Origin: a virus
Taxonomy: Duplodnaviria > Caudoviricetes
IMG/VR virus record: IMGVR_UViG_3300018428_002563
Location: 1 to 64,000 of that record
Length of the DNA: 64,000 bases
Reading direction: 5' to 3' (one strand)
The translations under genes and the position numbers were made by a program. The notes under the pieces were generated by a model. The model ran no database searches. It had not been told where the DNA came from and saw only the letters and a list, made by a program, of their open reading frames with translations. Of the stretch, positions 1-9,266 are shown one piece after another. How positions within the stretch are numbered: the stretch's first letter is position 1; the number at the start of each line of letters is the position of its first letter.

Positions 1-4
1 CGTT

Positions 5-979
5 ATGATCAGTGCGGGACTAGCAAAAGAGCATCAACTCTTTGCCCCTGTTTTTGCCTACGTAAGAAATGTCTTCCGCTCAAATAGATTCGTCCTAGTT
101 ATCCTTTCCGCAATTGGCGGCGTGTTACCTATCTCAGGTCGTGTTACAGTGTCAGCAGGTTTGCTAGATACTGTTGCGCCTAAAGATGGTCCAGGACGCC
201 AAAAGATGGGAATAGTTGACTATCTAGCAACACACCATTATTATCTATGGTCTCCGCTAGAGAAAACAGTTATCCTACCTATTGCGGCATTTGGTTTGAC
301 ATTTAGTGCATGGATGGCTATGATATGGCCTCTACTTGCTGTGTCATTACTATTCATAGGTTGGTATATCTGGACACAGGTACACGAAGATGATGTAGTA
401 ATTACACCAACCAAGTTCAAAATGAGTGCGGTTACACGTAATGTGTTTCCTATGATTGTTGCTATTGCAAGTTATATTGCATTCAACAACTATTACTTGA
501 GTTTTGGATTATTAGCATTGTACTATATGTTAATTACAACAACTTGGAATTATAAGAAAATTCTCAGTTACATTAATTGGGAAGTACTTATTGTTGTAGG
601 TGTTGTAATTGTACTAGGCAACTATTTTAAAGCCAACGAAGCAGAGTTTAAGGCACTAATTACAGACAGTGCGTTTGATCCAACAACCTTAATTGGTATG
701 TTGAGTATTTCTGCTATTGGTTTTGCGGCAAGTTTCTTAATGGGTAGTAGCGGAAAGTTTATTGCTTTCGCTGTTCTACTAGCACAACTGTTTGGAATGG
801 AATATTTCTTATGGTTTTTTGCTATAGACTACGCAGGGTATTTGCTATCGCCTACGCACAAGTGCGTAATGATAGGTAATCGATATTTCGGAACACCCTA
901 TAGGGTATATTACAAAGCATTAGGATCTTGGGCATTCATGTTATGTGGAACAGCAGGATTACTAACCTTTGTTATCTAA
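5..979 (+). CDS. Multi-pass membrane protein, DUF401/IT-superfamily transporter-like (may be 5'-truncated)
   Basis: About 9-10 hydrophobic segments; C-terminal GYLLSPTHKC resembles the SPxHxC motif I associate with DUF401; lies at the window edge. Confidence 0.55.
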   Translation: MISAGLAKEHQLFAPVFAYVRNVFRSNRFVLVILSAIGGVLPISGRVTVSAGLLDTVAPKDGPGRQKMGIVDYLATHHYYLWSPLEKTVILPIAAFGLTFSAWMAMIWPLLAVSLLFIGWYIWTQVHEDDVVITPTKFKMSAVTRNVFPMIVAIASYIAFNNYYLSFGLLALYYMLITTTWNYKKILSYINWEVLIVVGVVIVLGNYFKANEAEFKALITDSAFDPTTLIGMLSISAIGFAASFLMGSSGKFIAFAVLLAQLFGMEYFLWFFAIDYAGYLLSPTHKCVMIGNRYFGTPYRVYYKALGSWAFMLCGTAGLLTFVI

Positions 980-993
980 TGGAGAAGATAACT

Positions 994-1569
994 ATGAGAA
1001 GTATAATTATAAGTTTAGTAATGCTATGTTCTTCAACTTTTGCACATGCAGAAGATTTTGACCATACAGAAACTAATACTTTTATAAAAAGCGGAGACTT
1101 TACTTTTGGAACTAGACAAAACATAGGGTTAGATGTACAACAATATATTTTACGTTATGATTTTGCCGATACTCCGTATAGAGTAGAGTACCGCAACGTA
1201 CAAAAAGGTGATAGACAAGAACATTGGCTTAGAGCACAAATAAAACAGTTCTCTAGCAATGGGTTTTGGTACAATCATCGTTTTGAACACAGAATTCGAG
1301 AGCAGAAGGATGACGTCTTACGTTACCGTCCGCAATTCGGATACAATTATAAAGTTGGAAAGTTCAAACCGTTTATAACATTTGAACCCCAATTTAACTA
1401 TAATTACAATACAAAAGATGCAGGTTACAGTCACATGCAAACATTTACTGGTGTAGAATACAAAGTAAATGATAAGTTTACTGTAGTGCCTTATCTTGAA
1501 GTAGACTTTGATAAGTCATTTGATAAAGATATTGCGTTCTTTATAGTTGACTTCAAATTCAAATTATAG
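994..1569 (+). CDS. Outer-membrane beta-barrel/porin-like protein
   Basis: ATG 994 after GGAG; signal peptide ending AHA; alternating aromatic beta-strands; C-terminal DFKFKL beta-signal-like end. Confidence 0.6.
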   Translation: MRSIIISLVMLCSSTFAHAEDFDHTETNTFIKSGDFTFGTRQNIGLDVQQYILRYDFADTPYRVEYRNVQKGDRQEHWLRAQIKQFSSNGFWYNHRFEHRIREQKDDVLRYRPQFGYNYKVGKFKPFITFEPQFNYNYNTKDAGYSHMQTFTGVEYKVNDKFTVVPYLEVDFDKSFDKDIAFFIVDFKFKL

Positions 1570-1590
1570 TATACTATAATTGATAAATAA

Positions 1591-1689
1591 AAGTGTAGAG
1601 GGGAGATTGATTCTCCCCAATACATTAAAGGTGGAGTGCCCATTAGGGACTCTTTATATAAATCTTGCTTAATAAAGGAGAAAACTATG
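1591..1689 (+). promoter_or_regulatory. ROSE-like RNA thermometer 5'UTR of hsp20
   Basis: Hairpins GGGGAGA/TCTCCCC (1600-1618) and GAGT-CCC/GGG-ACTC, then TCTTGCTT (1663-1670) pairs with AAGGAGA (1675-1681) with a bulged G; ATAAATA box at 1583-1589. Confidence 0.7.
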
Positions 1690-2151
1690 ACAAGAATAAC
1701 AACCTTAGACTTACCCTCAATTCACAGACATTTTGTAGGGTTCGATAACATCTTTAATGAGATGGATAGAATATTTGAAAACTCAGCAAAAGGTCAAGGG
1801 TATCCCCCATACAACATTGCACAGATCAACGATGACGAATATATGATTTCGTTAGCGGTTGCTGGCTTTGGTATGGACAACCTTTCAATTGAAAAAGATA
1901 AAAACACTTTGAAAATTGAAGGTACAGCTCCAAAAGGGGACGACGATGTAAACTATCTACACAAAGGAATTGGCGGTCGTTCATTCCGTAGAGAATTTAC
2001 ACTTGCTGACCACGTTGACGTTGTAAACGCTGGTCTTGAACTAGGTATGCTGAACATTCACTTGAAACGTGAAGTTCCAGAAGAGCTACAACCTAAGAAA
2101 ATTAAGATCAATGACGGTCTTACTATCGACGGCGAAGTTAGCGAGAAGTAA
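1687..2151 (+). CDS. Small heat shock protein Hsp20 (IbpA-like)
   Basis: YPPYNI, LAVAGF, YLHKGIGGRSFRREF, GMLNIHL motifs; ATG 1687 follows AAGGAG. Confidence 0.95.
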   Translation: MTRITTLDLPSIHRHFVGFDNIFNEMDRIFENSAKGQGYPPYNIAQINDDEYMISLAVAGFGMDNLSIEKDKNTLKIEGTAPKGDDDVNYLHKGIGGRSFRREFTLADHVDVVNAGLELGMLNIHLKREVPEELQPKKIKINDGLTIDGEVSEK

Positions 2152-2159
2152 CTAGTCTA

Positions 2160-2187
2160 GGGGGAGTATTACACTCCCCCATTTATT
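2160..2187 (+). terminator. Rho-independent terminator-like hairpin
   Basis: GGGGGAGT-attac-ACTCCCCC followed by ATTTATT just after the hsp20 stop. Confidence 0.55.
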
Positions 2188-2201
2188 GGAGTGAATAAAA
2201 G

Positions 2202-2513
2202 ATGTCAGTAGATTTAGATATAAAATTAGACGAAAAAATTACACAGGAAATTAAAGAGCCTAGCAAGTATAAAGTAGTGTTCCTTAATGACGAACAAACT
2301 CCAATGGAGTGGGTAGTATTCCTTCTAACAAATATCTTTAGACACAGTCAATTATCTGCAGAAGAACTTACAATGCAGATACATACAGAAGGAAGTGGAA
2401 TAGTTGGAATTTATTCCTACGAAATTGCAGAAATAAAAGCAACTGAAGCGACTACAGCAAGTAGGAACAAAGGATTTCCACTACAGATTAAGTTAGAAGA
2501 AGCTGATGAATGA
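2202..2513 (+). CDS. clpS: ATP-dependent Clp protease adaptor ClpS
   Basis: YKVVFLNDEQTPMEWV, IHTEG, EIAE and FPL motifs. Confidence 0.92.
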   Translation: MSVDLDIKLDEKITQEIKEPSKYKVVFLNDEQTPMEWVVFLLTNIFRHSQLSAEELTMQIHTEGSGIVGIYSYEIAEIKATEATTASRNKGFPLQIKLEEADE

Positions 2514-3076
2514 CAAAAATTAAAGAACTTACTTGGGAACACCACAAAGAAGCAGAAAGACAAGAGTTTGTCAAAGTTCTTATGAGTGGAAAAATTAACC
2601 CACAGTTCTATGCAACTTACCTTTGGAATCAACATAAAAAATATGACGTGCTAGAAGCTATTGCGAATGTGCATGGCTTGCTAGATGACTTGTTTGAAAT
2701 ACGCAGGAAAAACGCTATTCATGAAGACTATCTTGAGCTTTGGAATAATCAACTACCACCGCCAATAGTCGAAAGTACAAACGAATATCTAGGACATATG
2801 AAAACGATAATGTCTGATCCAAATAAGGTAATGGCTCATATATATGTTCTCCATATGGGAGATTTAAGTGGCGGACAAATAATAAGTAAACGTATACCCG
2901 GACAAGGAAGAATGTATAACTTTGACGGCGATACAAATGAACTTAAAGAAAAGATTAGATCAAAAATTAACGATGATATGGCAGAAGAAGCAAAGTTTGT
3001 TTTTGAATCAAGTACAAAGCTCTTTAAAGAGCTTATGGAGTTAGATATTGAGCATTATATGGAACAGACTGATTGA
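2510..3076 (+). CDS. Heme oxygenase (biliverdin-producing, HemO/Ho1-like)
   Basis: Proximal-His helix LTWEHHKEAE; distal helix AHIYVLHMGDLSGGQII; adjacent to a bilin reductase. Confidence 0.9.
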   Translation: MTKIKELTWEHHKEAERQEFVKVLMSGKINPQFYATYLWNQHKKYDVLEAIANVHGLLDDLFEIRRKNAIHEDYLELWNNQLPPPIVESTNEYLGHMKTIMSDPNKVMAHIYVLHMGDLSGGQIISKRIPGQGRMYNFDGDTNELKEKIRSKINDDMAEEAKFVFESSTKLFKELMELDIEHYMEQTD

Positions 3077-3755
3077 GTGTCAGAATCAAATACTAGAAAT
3101 ATTTGACAAACATGCTACTGAAATCGAAGAGCCAGGATTAGCCCATTTTAATCAACCAGAGAACGGATGGATAAACAGAGTTTGGGCAAACAACTATGTA
3201 CGTAGAGCACATATAGATGTTGTAGATGCACGTGAATCAAAAGGCTTATGGATGATGCATGTATGCTGTTTTCCTACACTAGATAACGATGCACCCATAT
3301 ATGGCTTTGATGTTATTGCAGGAAAACGCAAAATGACAGGAGCCTTTCATGATTTTTCAGCAAGTAGTGGCGGAGATAACCATCCTATGATAGATGGGTA
3401 CCGTGATGCTGTAAAAGACTTCATACCAAGTAAGAAAAGAGAATTGCCTGAATGGGCACAAAATATATTTTCAGATAGCATGATTGCTGCAGGCAATGTT
3501 ACTACTGAAGAAGAGGCTGTAGAAATTATAGATTTGGCTATCGCAAATTTACAAGCATGGTTTGAAGAAGTACCTAACTTTATGGGCTACGGCGACAAAT
3601 ATATGACTCTAGCTGCACAGAATTATTACTGTGAAAATCAGCAACAGAATCCACACACTCCTAGGGTAATGAAAACTCTAGGCCTCAATGAAGCAGACGT
3701 AGAAAAGTTCTGCACCGACATGTTGTTTCCTAAAATAGATAAATACTCTATATAA
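3048..3755 (+). CDS. pcyX: Ferredoxin-dependent bilin reductase, PcyX/PcyA-like
   Basis: RRAHID, MMHVCCFP, PIYGFDVIAG, ELPEWAQNIFS, QNYYCENQQQNPHT; D57/H71/D88 spacing fits the PcyX Asp-His-Asp set as I recall it; TTG start. Confidence 0.82.
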   Translation: MSIIWNRLIECQNQILEIFDKHATEIEEPGLAHFNQPENGWINRVWANNYVRRAHIDVVDARESKGLWMMHVCCFPTLDNDAPIYGFDVIAGKRKMTGAFHDFSASSGGDNHPMIDGYRDAVKDFIPSKKRELPEWAQNIFSDSMIAAGNVTTEEEAVEIIDLAIANLQAWFEEVPNFMGYGDKYMTLAAQNYYCENQQQNPHTPRVMKTLGLNEADVEKFCTDMLFPKIDKYSI

Positions 3756-3767
3756 GGAAATGAGTAC

Positions 3768-4808
3768 ATGCGCTTTAAAGACTTTAGATTAGTAGAAAAC
3801 AATCGTGATCAAGTAAGGAAAATGCAACGCATCTATGATAAGATGCAAGCAGATCCAGCGGTTGTTGACGAGCTATGGAAAGTCATTAGTACAAAAGTGT
3901 CAGCAGACGATGGCGGCCTTGAAAGTAGAATAGTTGCCGCACTACGTCCTGAAAATACAAAACCAGAAGATGATCAAACCTATGGTGCAGGCTTTCTTGA
4001 GGGGTTAGTTGACGCAATAGATAAGACTGAAGGAACAGTAGAAGAAAAAATTGCATTTGCTAAAACTTTAGGACAAGCAGATCATATCGATACACGGGCA
4101 CTTATGCAACCATTGTCAGGCTGGAGTGATTGGTTAACAGGAACACCATTTAGTCAACGACTATTTGATACTATGTTTAACTTTGCTCCGTTTAGACAAG
4201 ACAACAAAGGACCAGGAGAATTTGCACTCGCAATCCTAAGTCCTAGAATTAGATTAAAAGGCGCAAAGGGCGATATTGACGTAGACGGAACTCCAGTAGA
4301 AGTCAAAGCCGGCATGACAAGTTCAGGTGGTAGACTATCACCTACAAAAGGTACACTTGGAATGTTACACGGAAACAAAGAGTTTTGGTCTAGTCTATTT
4401 CCAAATGATCCAGTAAAAGGTGCAGAACTAGCAAAAGTAAACAAAATCAATGCAAACAACTATGCACAATTCTTAGAAGCAAACGGATTAGGACCAGATG
4501 AATCTGTTAAGATTATATCTGCAATATTCAAAGCCCCTGATGCTCAACCACTTGCCATTAAAGTAGGAAAACTAGGAACCAATGTAACAGCCGCAGACCT
4601 AGTAAAATTAGCTGTAAAGAACTATGGTGTATCACAAGGAGACGAACACTTCTTAATCCTACAAAAAAATATAAGAGCAAGTTTATACTTCGACGTAGAC
4701 AACCTTGACCCAATATTAAACAGACTTAGTTTTTCACTACCACTTATAGACAGTGATTCACGTAGTCAAGGACAAGCACAAGTAGGCATTTTATCTAAAA
4801 GTAGATAA
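3768..4808 (+). CDS. Hypothetical late protein with PD-(D/E)xK-like motif
   Basis: GPGE...GDIDVDGTPVEVK; ATAAATA at 3739-3745; N-terminus MRFKDFRLVE. Confidence 0.5.
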   Translation: MRFKDFRLVENNRDQVRKMQRIYDKMQADPAVVDELWKVISTKVSADDGGLESRIVAALRPENTKPEDDQTYGAGFLEGLVDAIDKTEGTVEEKIAFAKTLGQADHIDTRALMQPLSGWSDWLTGTPFSQRLFDTMFNFAPFRQDNKGPGEFALAILSPRIRLKGAKGDIDVDGTPVEVKAGMTSSGGRLSPTKGTLGMLHGNKEFWSSLFPNDPVKGAELAKVNKINANNYAQFLEANGLGPDESVKIISAIFKAPDAQPLAIKVGKLGTNVTAADLVKLAVKNYGVSQGDEHFLILQKNIRASLYFDVDNLDPILNRLSFSLPLIDSDSRSQGQAQVGILSKSR

Positions 4809-4826
4809 ATTACTACTATAGTTCCG

Positions 4827-4834
4827 TATAAATA
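4827..4834 (+). promoter_or_regulatory. T4-type late promoter TATAAATA upstream of the curli-like module
   Basis: Exact T4 late consensus in the intergenic gap. Confidence 0.65.
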
Positions 4835-4885
4835 TATACGGTAGTAATGTTAACAGAGCGTGAGGGCGTTCGCAACGGAGTATGT

Positions 4886-5356
4886 ATGAAAAAACTTATT
4901 CAATTTGCACTTTTAGGAACACTAATAGGATTTTCCCCAGTGGGTGCAACAGAACTAACCTGGAAATTCAAGAACCCTGCTTTCCATTATGGTAACGGCT
5001 ACTCTACTCATGTTTTAAGTGTGGAGCAACTTCAACACAATAGAAAACAAGAGCTAAGAAAAGAAGCAGAAGCAGAAGCAGCTCGTATTGAACGAGAACT
5101 TGAAAATTCCGTCCTAAACAAATTCATTAGAAATTTAGAAAGTAGAATATATGCAACACTATCTAAACAGATGGTCGATGCGATGTTTGCCGATTGCGGT
5201 GATACCTGTGCTAATACAGGTACGGCAGAAGTAGAAGGTAATACTATTTCATGGATTAAAGATACAGTAACAGGAAGTATTACACTTACTATTACTGGAG
5301 AAGATGGGTCAGTTACAGAAATTACAATTCCCGGATTAGGGGAGTTTAACTTTTGA
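4886..5356 (+). CDS. csgF: Curli assembly protein CsgF-like
   Basis: ATG 4886 after GGAG; signal peptide then ELTWKFKNPAF (CsgF N-terminal NPxF); C-terminal TITGEDGSVTEITIP; directly upstream of csgG. Confidence 0.8.
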   Translation: MKKLIQFALLGTLIGFSPVGATELTWKFKNPAFHYGNGYSTHVLSVEQLQHNRKQELRKEAEAEAARIERELENSVLNKFIRNLESRIYATLSKQMVDAMFADCGDTCANTGTAEVEGNTISWIKDTVTGSITLTITGEDGSVTEITIPGLGEFNF

Positions 5357-6225
5357 GACTAGCAGGCATCATATTTCTTTTAACACTTCTTTTAGGAGGA
5401 TGTGCTATGACTCCGGCCTTACAGATACTGGAGGATCATGCTACATCGCCTAAAATACAGGATAGTCCTGTACAAGACAGATTAGAAGACGTACCAAACC
5501 TCGATGGGCCTAAAATTACTATTGCTGTATATCAGTTTAGTGATAAAACAGGACAGAGAAAACCATCAGACATGGTAGCCAGTTTAAGTAGTGCTGTTAC
5601 ACAAGGAAGCGAAGTTTGGGTAATTAAGGCACTACAAGACGTTGGCAACTCGACATGGTTTGAAGTTGTTGAACGTGTAGGCATGGACAATTTAATTAAA
5701 GAAAGGCAATTGATTAGGCAAACAAGAGAAGTTTATGAAAGAGAACTTCCAAATGGACCTACACCTTTAAAGCCGATGTTATTTGCAGGTTTAATACTTG
5801 AGGGTGGCATTGTTGGTTACGACAGTAATACGGCAGTCGGAGGTGCAGGCGCAAGATATCTAGGGATAGGATTACAAACAGAATATCGTGTTGATACGGT
5901 AACTGTTGTAATGCGTCTTGTAAGCGTTAGCACAGGGAAAGTGTTAATGAGCATTGCGACAGAAAAAACAATCGCAAGCTATAGATCCGGAGCGGACATA
6001 TTCAAGTTCCTTGATATGGGAACTAGATTAGTTGAAACAGAAGCAGGATTTTCAGTAAACGAGCCAGTCAACTATGCTGTGAGAGCGGCGGTTGAACAAG
6101 GTGTTATTGAACTTATTTACGAGGGCGAACGTAATGGTTTATGGAAATTTGTACAAGAAACGACTTCTGAAACAACAGATGAACAAACAAATATAACTGA
6201 TACGGAAGTTTCAGAAGAGGGCTAA
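5353..6225 (+). CDS. csgG: Curli secretion channel CsgG-like lipoprotein
   Basis: Lipobox LLGGC; AVYQFSDKTGQRKP, SSAVTQG, WFEVVER, KERQLIR, LEGGIVGYD, GARYLGIG, NEPV motifs. Confidence 0.93.
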   Translation: MRLAGIIFLLTLLLGGCAMTPALQILEDHATSPKIQDSPVQDRLEDVPNLDGPKITIAVYQFSDKTGQRKPSDMVASLSSAVTQGSEVWVIKALQDVGNSTWFEVVERVGMDNLIKERQLIRQTREVYERELPNGPTPLKPMLFAGLILEGGIVGYDSNTAVGGAGARYLGIGLQTEYRVDTVTVVMRLVSVSTGKVLMSIATEKTIASYRSGADIFKFLDMGTRLVETEAGFSVNEPVNYAVRAAVEQGVIELIYEGERNGLWKFVQETTSETTDEQTNITDTEVSEEG

Positions 6226-6228
6226 AAA

Positions 6229-6930
6229 ATGAAAAACATAATTAAAAGCACAGCGATAGTCGGGCTTTTAATGGTAGCAGCACCATCTTTTGCTAACGAT
6301 ATCTATATAACGCAAGTTGGAGATAACTTAGACTTAGATATTGTACAGGATGGTTCTAATAACCAGATAGGTAACTCTACTACAGATGTTAACCTTGATG
6401 GTGATGACATGACTTTTAGTATTACCCAGCAAGGTGATTCTAACACGATAGCTGCTAACATCAAAGGCAATACTTACACTGGTACTTGGAGTTTCATAGG
6501 TAACAGCAATACAGTTGATATGTCTTGTGACCAAACAAGCGGAACAAACTGTGAAACTGTTACAGCAAATATCACAACAAACGGCGATAGTAATGCATTT
6601 AACATTTACATTGGTGAAAGTGCAGATGCACAAAACCTAGTAGCAAACTTTACTATTGACGGCGATGGAAACACTATAACTACAAACGTAGACGGTGCAA
6701 GTGTAGCACTTACACTTGTAAGTGATAATTCAGCAAGTTTAGCAGCCACAGGAAATACTTTTACAATTGATGTAGATGGTGACGGCGATATTAATGGTCA
6801 CACTATTAACCTTGATGTAACAGGCGGCGGCAGTACTTATGATATTACTCAAAGTGGTTTAGGTGATAATGTAATTGAAGCAACATTTAGTGGCGACAAT
6901 CAAGATGTTGACATTACGCAATCTGATTAA
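6229..6930 (+). CDS. Secreted curlin-like repeat protein 1
   Basis: Signal peptide; ~22-25 aa repeats with Q/x-x-G-D/N-x-N (QDGSNN, QQGDSN, TNGDSN, IDGDGN); N/D/G/T/Q rich. Confidence 0.72.
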   Translation: MKNIIKSTAIVGLLMVAAPSFANDIYITQVGDNLDLDIVQDGSNNQIGNSTTDVNLDGDDMTFSITQQGDSNTIAANIKGNTYTGTWSFIGNSNTVDMSCDQTSGTNCETVTANITTNGDSNAFNIYIGESADAQNLVANFTIDGDGNTITTNVDGASVALTLVSDNSASLAATGNTFTIDVDGDGDINGHTINLDVTGGGSTYDITQSGLGDNVIEATFSGDNQDVDITQSD

Positions 6931-8053
6931 TAGAACAGTATTTGTCATACTGGCACTTTCTAGTTTGCCGGCTTTTGCCGTGCCTGATGCAGGTTCAATA
7001 GGCGAAATAAAGGGTTCTGGTGTACTAGAAAGGGAGAATCAGGTTATTCCAGGTGACACTGGAGTTAATGTCCAAAGTATGGATACGGCTGTTACAGCAA
7101 AAGGAACTATGAGAATAGATTTCGTTGATGAAACTAGAGTCGATCTTACAGAGCATAGTAGATTACTAATTGATGAATTTGTATATGATCCTTCAAATAA
7201 TGTAGGTTCTATAAGTTTAAAAGCATCATTAGGAACAGTACGTTATGCAAGTGGGCAGATAGCAAAACGATATCAACAAAATGTAAAAATCAGAACCCCT
7301 AGTGCCACTATTGGTGTTAGGGGAACTGACTTTATCATGTTAGTAGATGAAATTGGCGGAACCATGGTAACACTGTTGCCTAGTTGTGACGAGGATGGAG
7401 TGTGTGTAACAGGAGAAATATCTGTTGAAAGTGATACAGGTTTTGTTATTATGAATCAGGCCTTCCAAACTACACAGATAAAAACTTCTTATCAAGCACC
7501 TACAAAACCACTTATACTAGATTTAGACGAAAAACAAATTGGCACATTGTTAATACTAAGAAAGCGTTCTCCTTATGATGAGGAAGAGCTTGAACTAGCA
7601 AAAAAACAACGAGAACAATTTGAATTTTTAGATATCGATTATTTAGAGTTTGATGATCTTGACGCAGACGCATTAAATGATAGCATAAAAGATATTTGGG
7701 TAACTGATTTAATGCGAGGTACTGATTACTATTTAGGCGAATTATTACATGATATGATTGATCAACTAAATGCACAATTAGCTCAATTATTTAGGAATGA
7801 ATTAGATATACAAACAGAACAATTTTTTGCAGAACAAAAATTTGGGTACGATCCTGAAACTAGAATTACATTTGAAAAAGAAGACCCAAACTATTTTGTA
7901 TCAAGATCAGATGCAGGATTAACAAATTATTTGCAATTAAGATTAAACCAAGAATATGGTTATATAATAACAATGGAACAACAAGGAGAGTCAATATTAG
8001 ATTATAGAGTGGGTGCAGGGTCTAATGAGATTGACATACAACAAAACCAATGA
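6905..8053 (+). CDS. FecR-domain exported protein
   Basis: Signal-like N-terminus; FVDETRVDLTEHSRL, GTVRYASG, TPSATIGVRGTDF; acidic C-terminal extension. Start taken at ATG 6905. Confidence 0.8.
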   Translation: MLTLRNLINRTVFVILALSSLPAFAVPDAGSIGEIKGSGVLERENQVIPGDTGVNVQSMDTAVTAKGTMRIDFVDETRVDLTEHSRLLIDEFVYDPSNNVGSISLKASLGTVRYASGQIAKRYQQNVKIRTPSATIGVRGTDFIMLVDEIGGTMVTLLPSCDEDGVCVTGEISVESDTGFVIMNQAFQTTQIKTSYQAPTKPLILDLDEKQIGTLLILRKRSPYDEEELELAKKQREQFEFLDIDYLEFDDLDADALNDSIKDIWVTDLMRGTDYYLGELLHDMIDQLNAQLAQLFRNELDIQTEQFFAEQKFGYDPETRITFEKEDPNYFVSRSDAGLTNYLQLRLNQEYGYIITMEQQGESILDYRVGAGSNEIDIQQNQ

Positions 8054-8718
8054 AATATTATTTAGGAATATTTACAATACTTTTAACACAAGCTGCGTTT
8101 GCAAATGAAATCTATATTACACAAAGTGGTGATAATCTTAATTTAGAAATACAACAACGTAGCGAAGACAACTACATAAGTTTAAATTCTACAGGTCCAA
8201 ACAATAATATTACTATACGTCAAGGCATACACGACGATAACACCTATGACGGAGACGAAACTGGCGGACACGAAGCATACTGGACTGTGACTGGAGATGG
8301 AAACACAGTAGCCAGTTATCAAACAGACACCAACAGAGACGGAGGAGGAGGATCACCACATCATTTAGCAAATATAGTAAATGGTGACAGTAATACAGTA
8401 GAACACATTCAGATGGGCAAGGCAGGACACGACGGATTCATAGAAATACAAGGCGATTCTAATACAGTAGATTTATACCAACGAGGTAATGGTGGACAAA
8501 AATGGGCAGACATAGTTCTTACAGGTGACGGACACAGTGTAGACGTAAATCAACGAGGAAGTAACTCAGCAAGCGCCGCAATAGATTTAACAAACTCGGG
8601 TGGAGCATACAACTACACTCTTACTCAAAATGTTACTACAAGTGCTGATAGTTTTAGTATAACTGGTTATTGTGCAAACGCAAATGGTTGCACAGTAATT
8701 GTAAACAGAAACAACTAA
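8050..8718 (+). CDS. Secreted curlin-like repeat protein 2
   Basis: Signal peptide; repeats VTGDGNTV, VNGDSNTV, IQGDSNTV, LTGDGHSV with periodic Gln. Confidence 0.72.
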   Translation: MKYYLGIFTILLTQAAFANEIYITQSGDNLNLEIQQRSEDNYISLNSTGPNNNITIRQGIHDDNTYDGDETGGHEAYWTVTGDGNTVASYQTDTNRDGGGGSPHHLANIVNGDSNTVEHIQMGKAGHDGFIEIQGDSNTVDLYQRGNGGQKWADIVLTGDGHSVDVNQRGSNSASAAIDLTNSGGAYNYTLTQNVTTSADSFSITGYCANANGCTVIVNRNN

Positions 8719-8742
8719 AATAAATACACATAGAGGGCATTC

Positions 8743-8847
8743 ATGTGGCACTATAAGGACACAACTTATAGACATTACTTATGGTTACTAGTATGCGTAG
8801 TAACCTGGCTCTTACTACTTAGGCTAGCCTTCCTAGGGATCTTATAA
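8743..8847 (+). CDS. Small single-TM protein (34 aa, not in ORF track)
   Basis: MWHYKDTTYRHYLWLLVCVVTWLLLLRLAFLGIL; GAGGG RBS; ATAAATA at 8720-8726. Confidence 0.45.
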   Translation: MWHYKDTTYRHYLWLLVCVVTWLLLLRLAFLGIL

Positions 8848-8859
8848 AATAAATACAGC

Positions 8860-9168
8860 ATGAGGGAATGGTTGTGTAAAATCATTTGTAGAAATATGGG
8901 CGCGACAAACACAGTCGCAGAAAGGGCAACTCATGACAGAGAAAATAATACCTTGGATCTTGAAGCCAAAGTTCGAGATATCCGAAGAAGAATTGCAGAA
9001 CAGAACAGACGACTTAATCGTTATTCGACACCCAGAAATATACGCAAACCCGAGGAAGCACGTATTAAGGAAACGAACTTGGGTTCAGCACCTGAAAGAG
9101 CAAGCAGAGAAACAGAAATGAATGCTCTCAAAGCAAAACTAATAGGCAAAAGTAATGGAAGAATATGA
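8860..9168 (+). CDS. Hypothetical basic coiled-coil protein
   Basis: ORF starts 4 nt after ATAAATA (8849-8855). Confidence 0.5.
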   Translation: MREWLCKIICRNMGATNTVAERATHDRENNTLDLEAKVRDIRRRIAEQNRRLNRYSTPRNIRKPEEARIKETNLGSAPERASRETEMNALKAKLIGKSNGRI

Positions 9169-9266
9169 ATACGTAAAATATAACTATTGGAAAGACTTTG
9201 CATTTACTTGTTCAATTGGGTTGAACATTGGCTTTTTAATAGCATTATCTATGTTATAAATACGTT

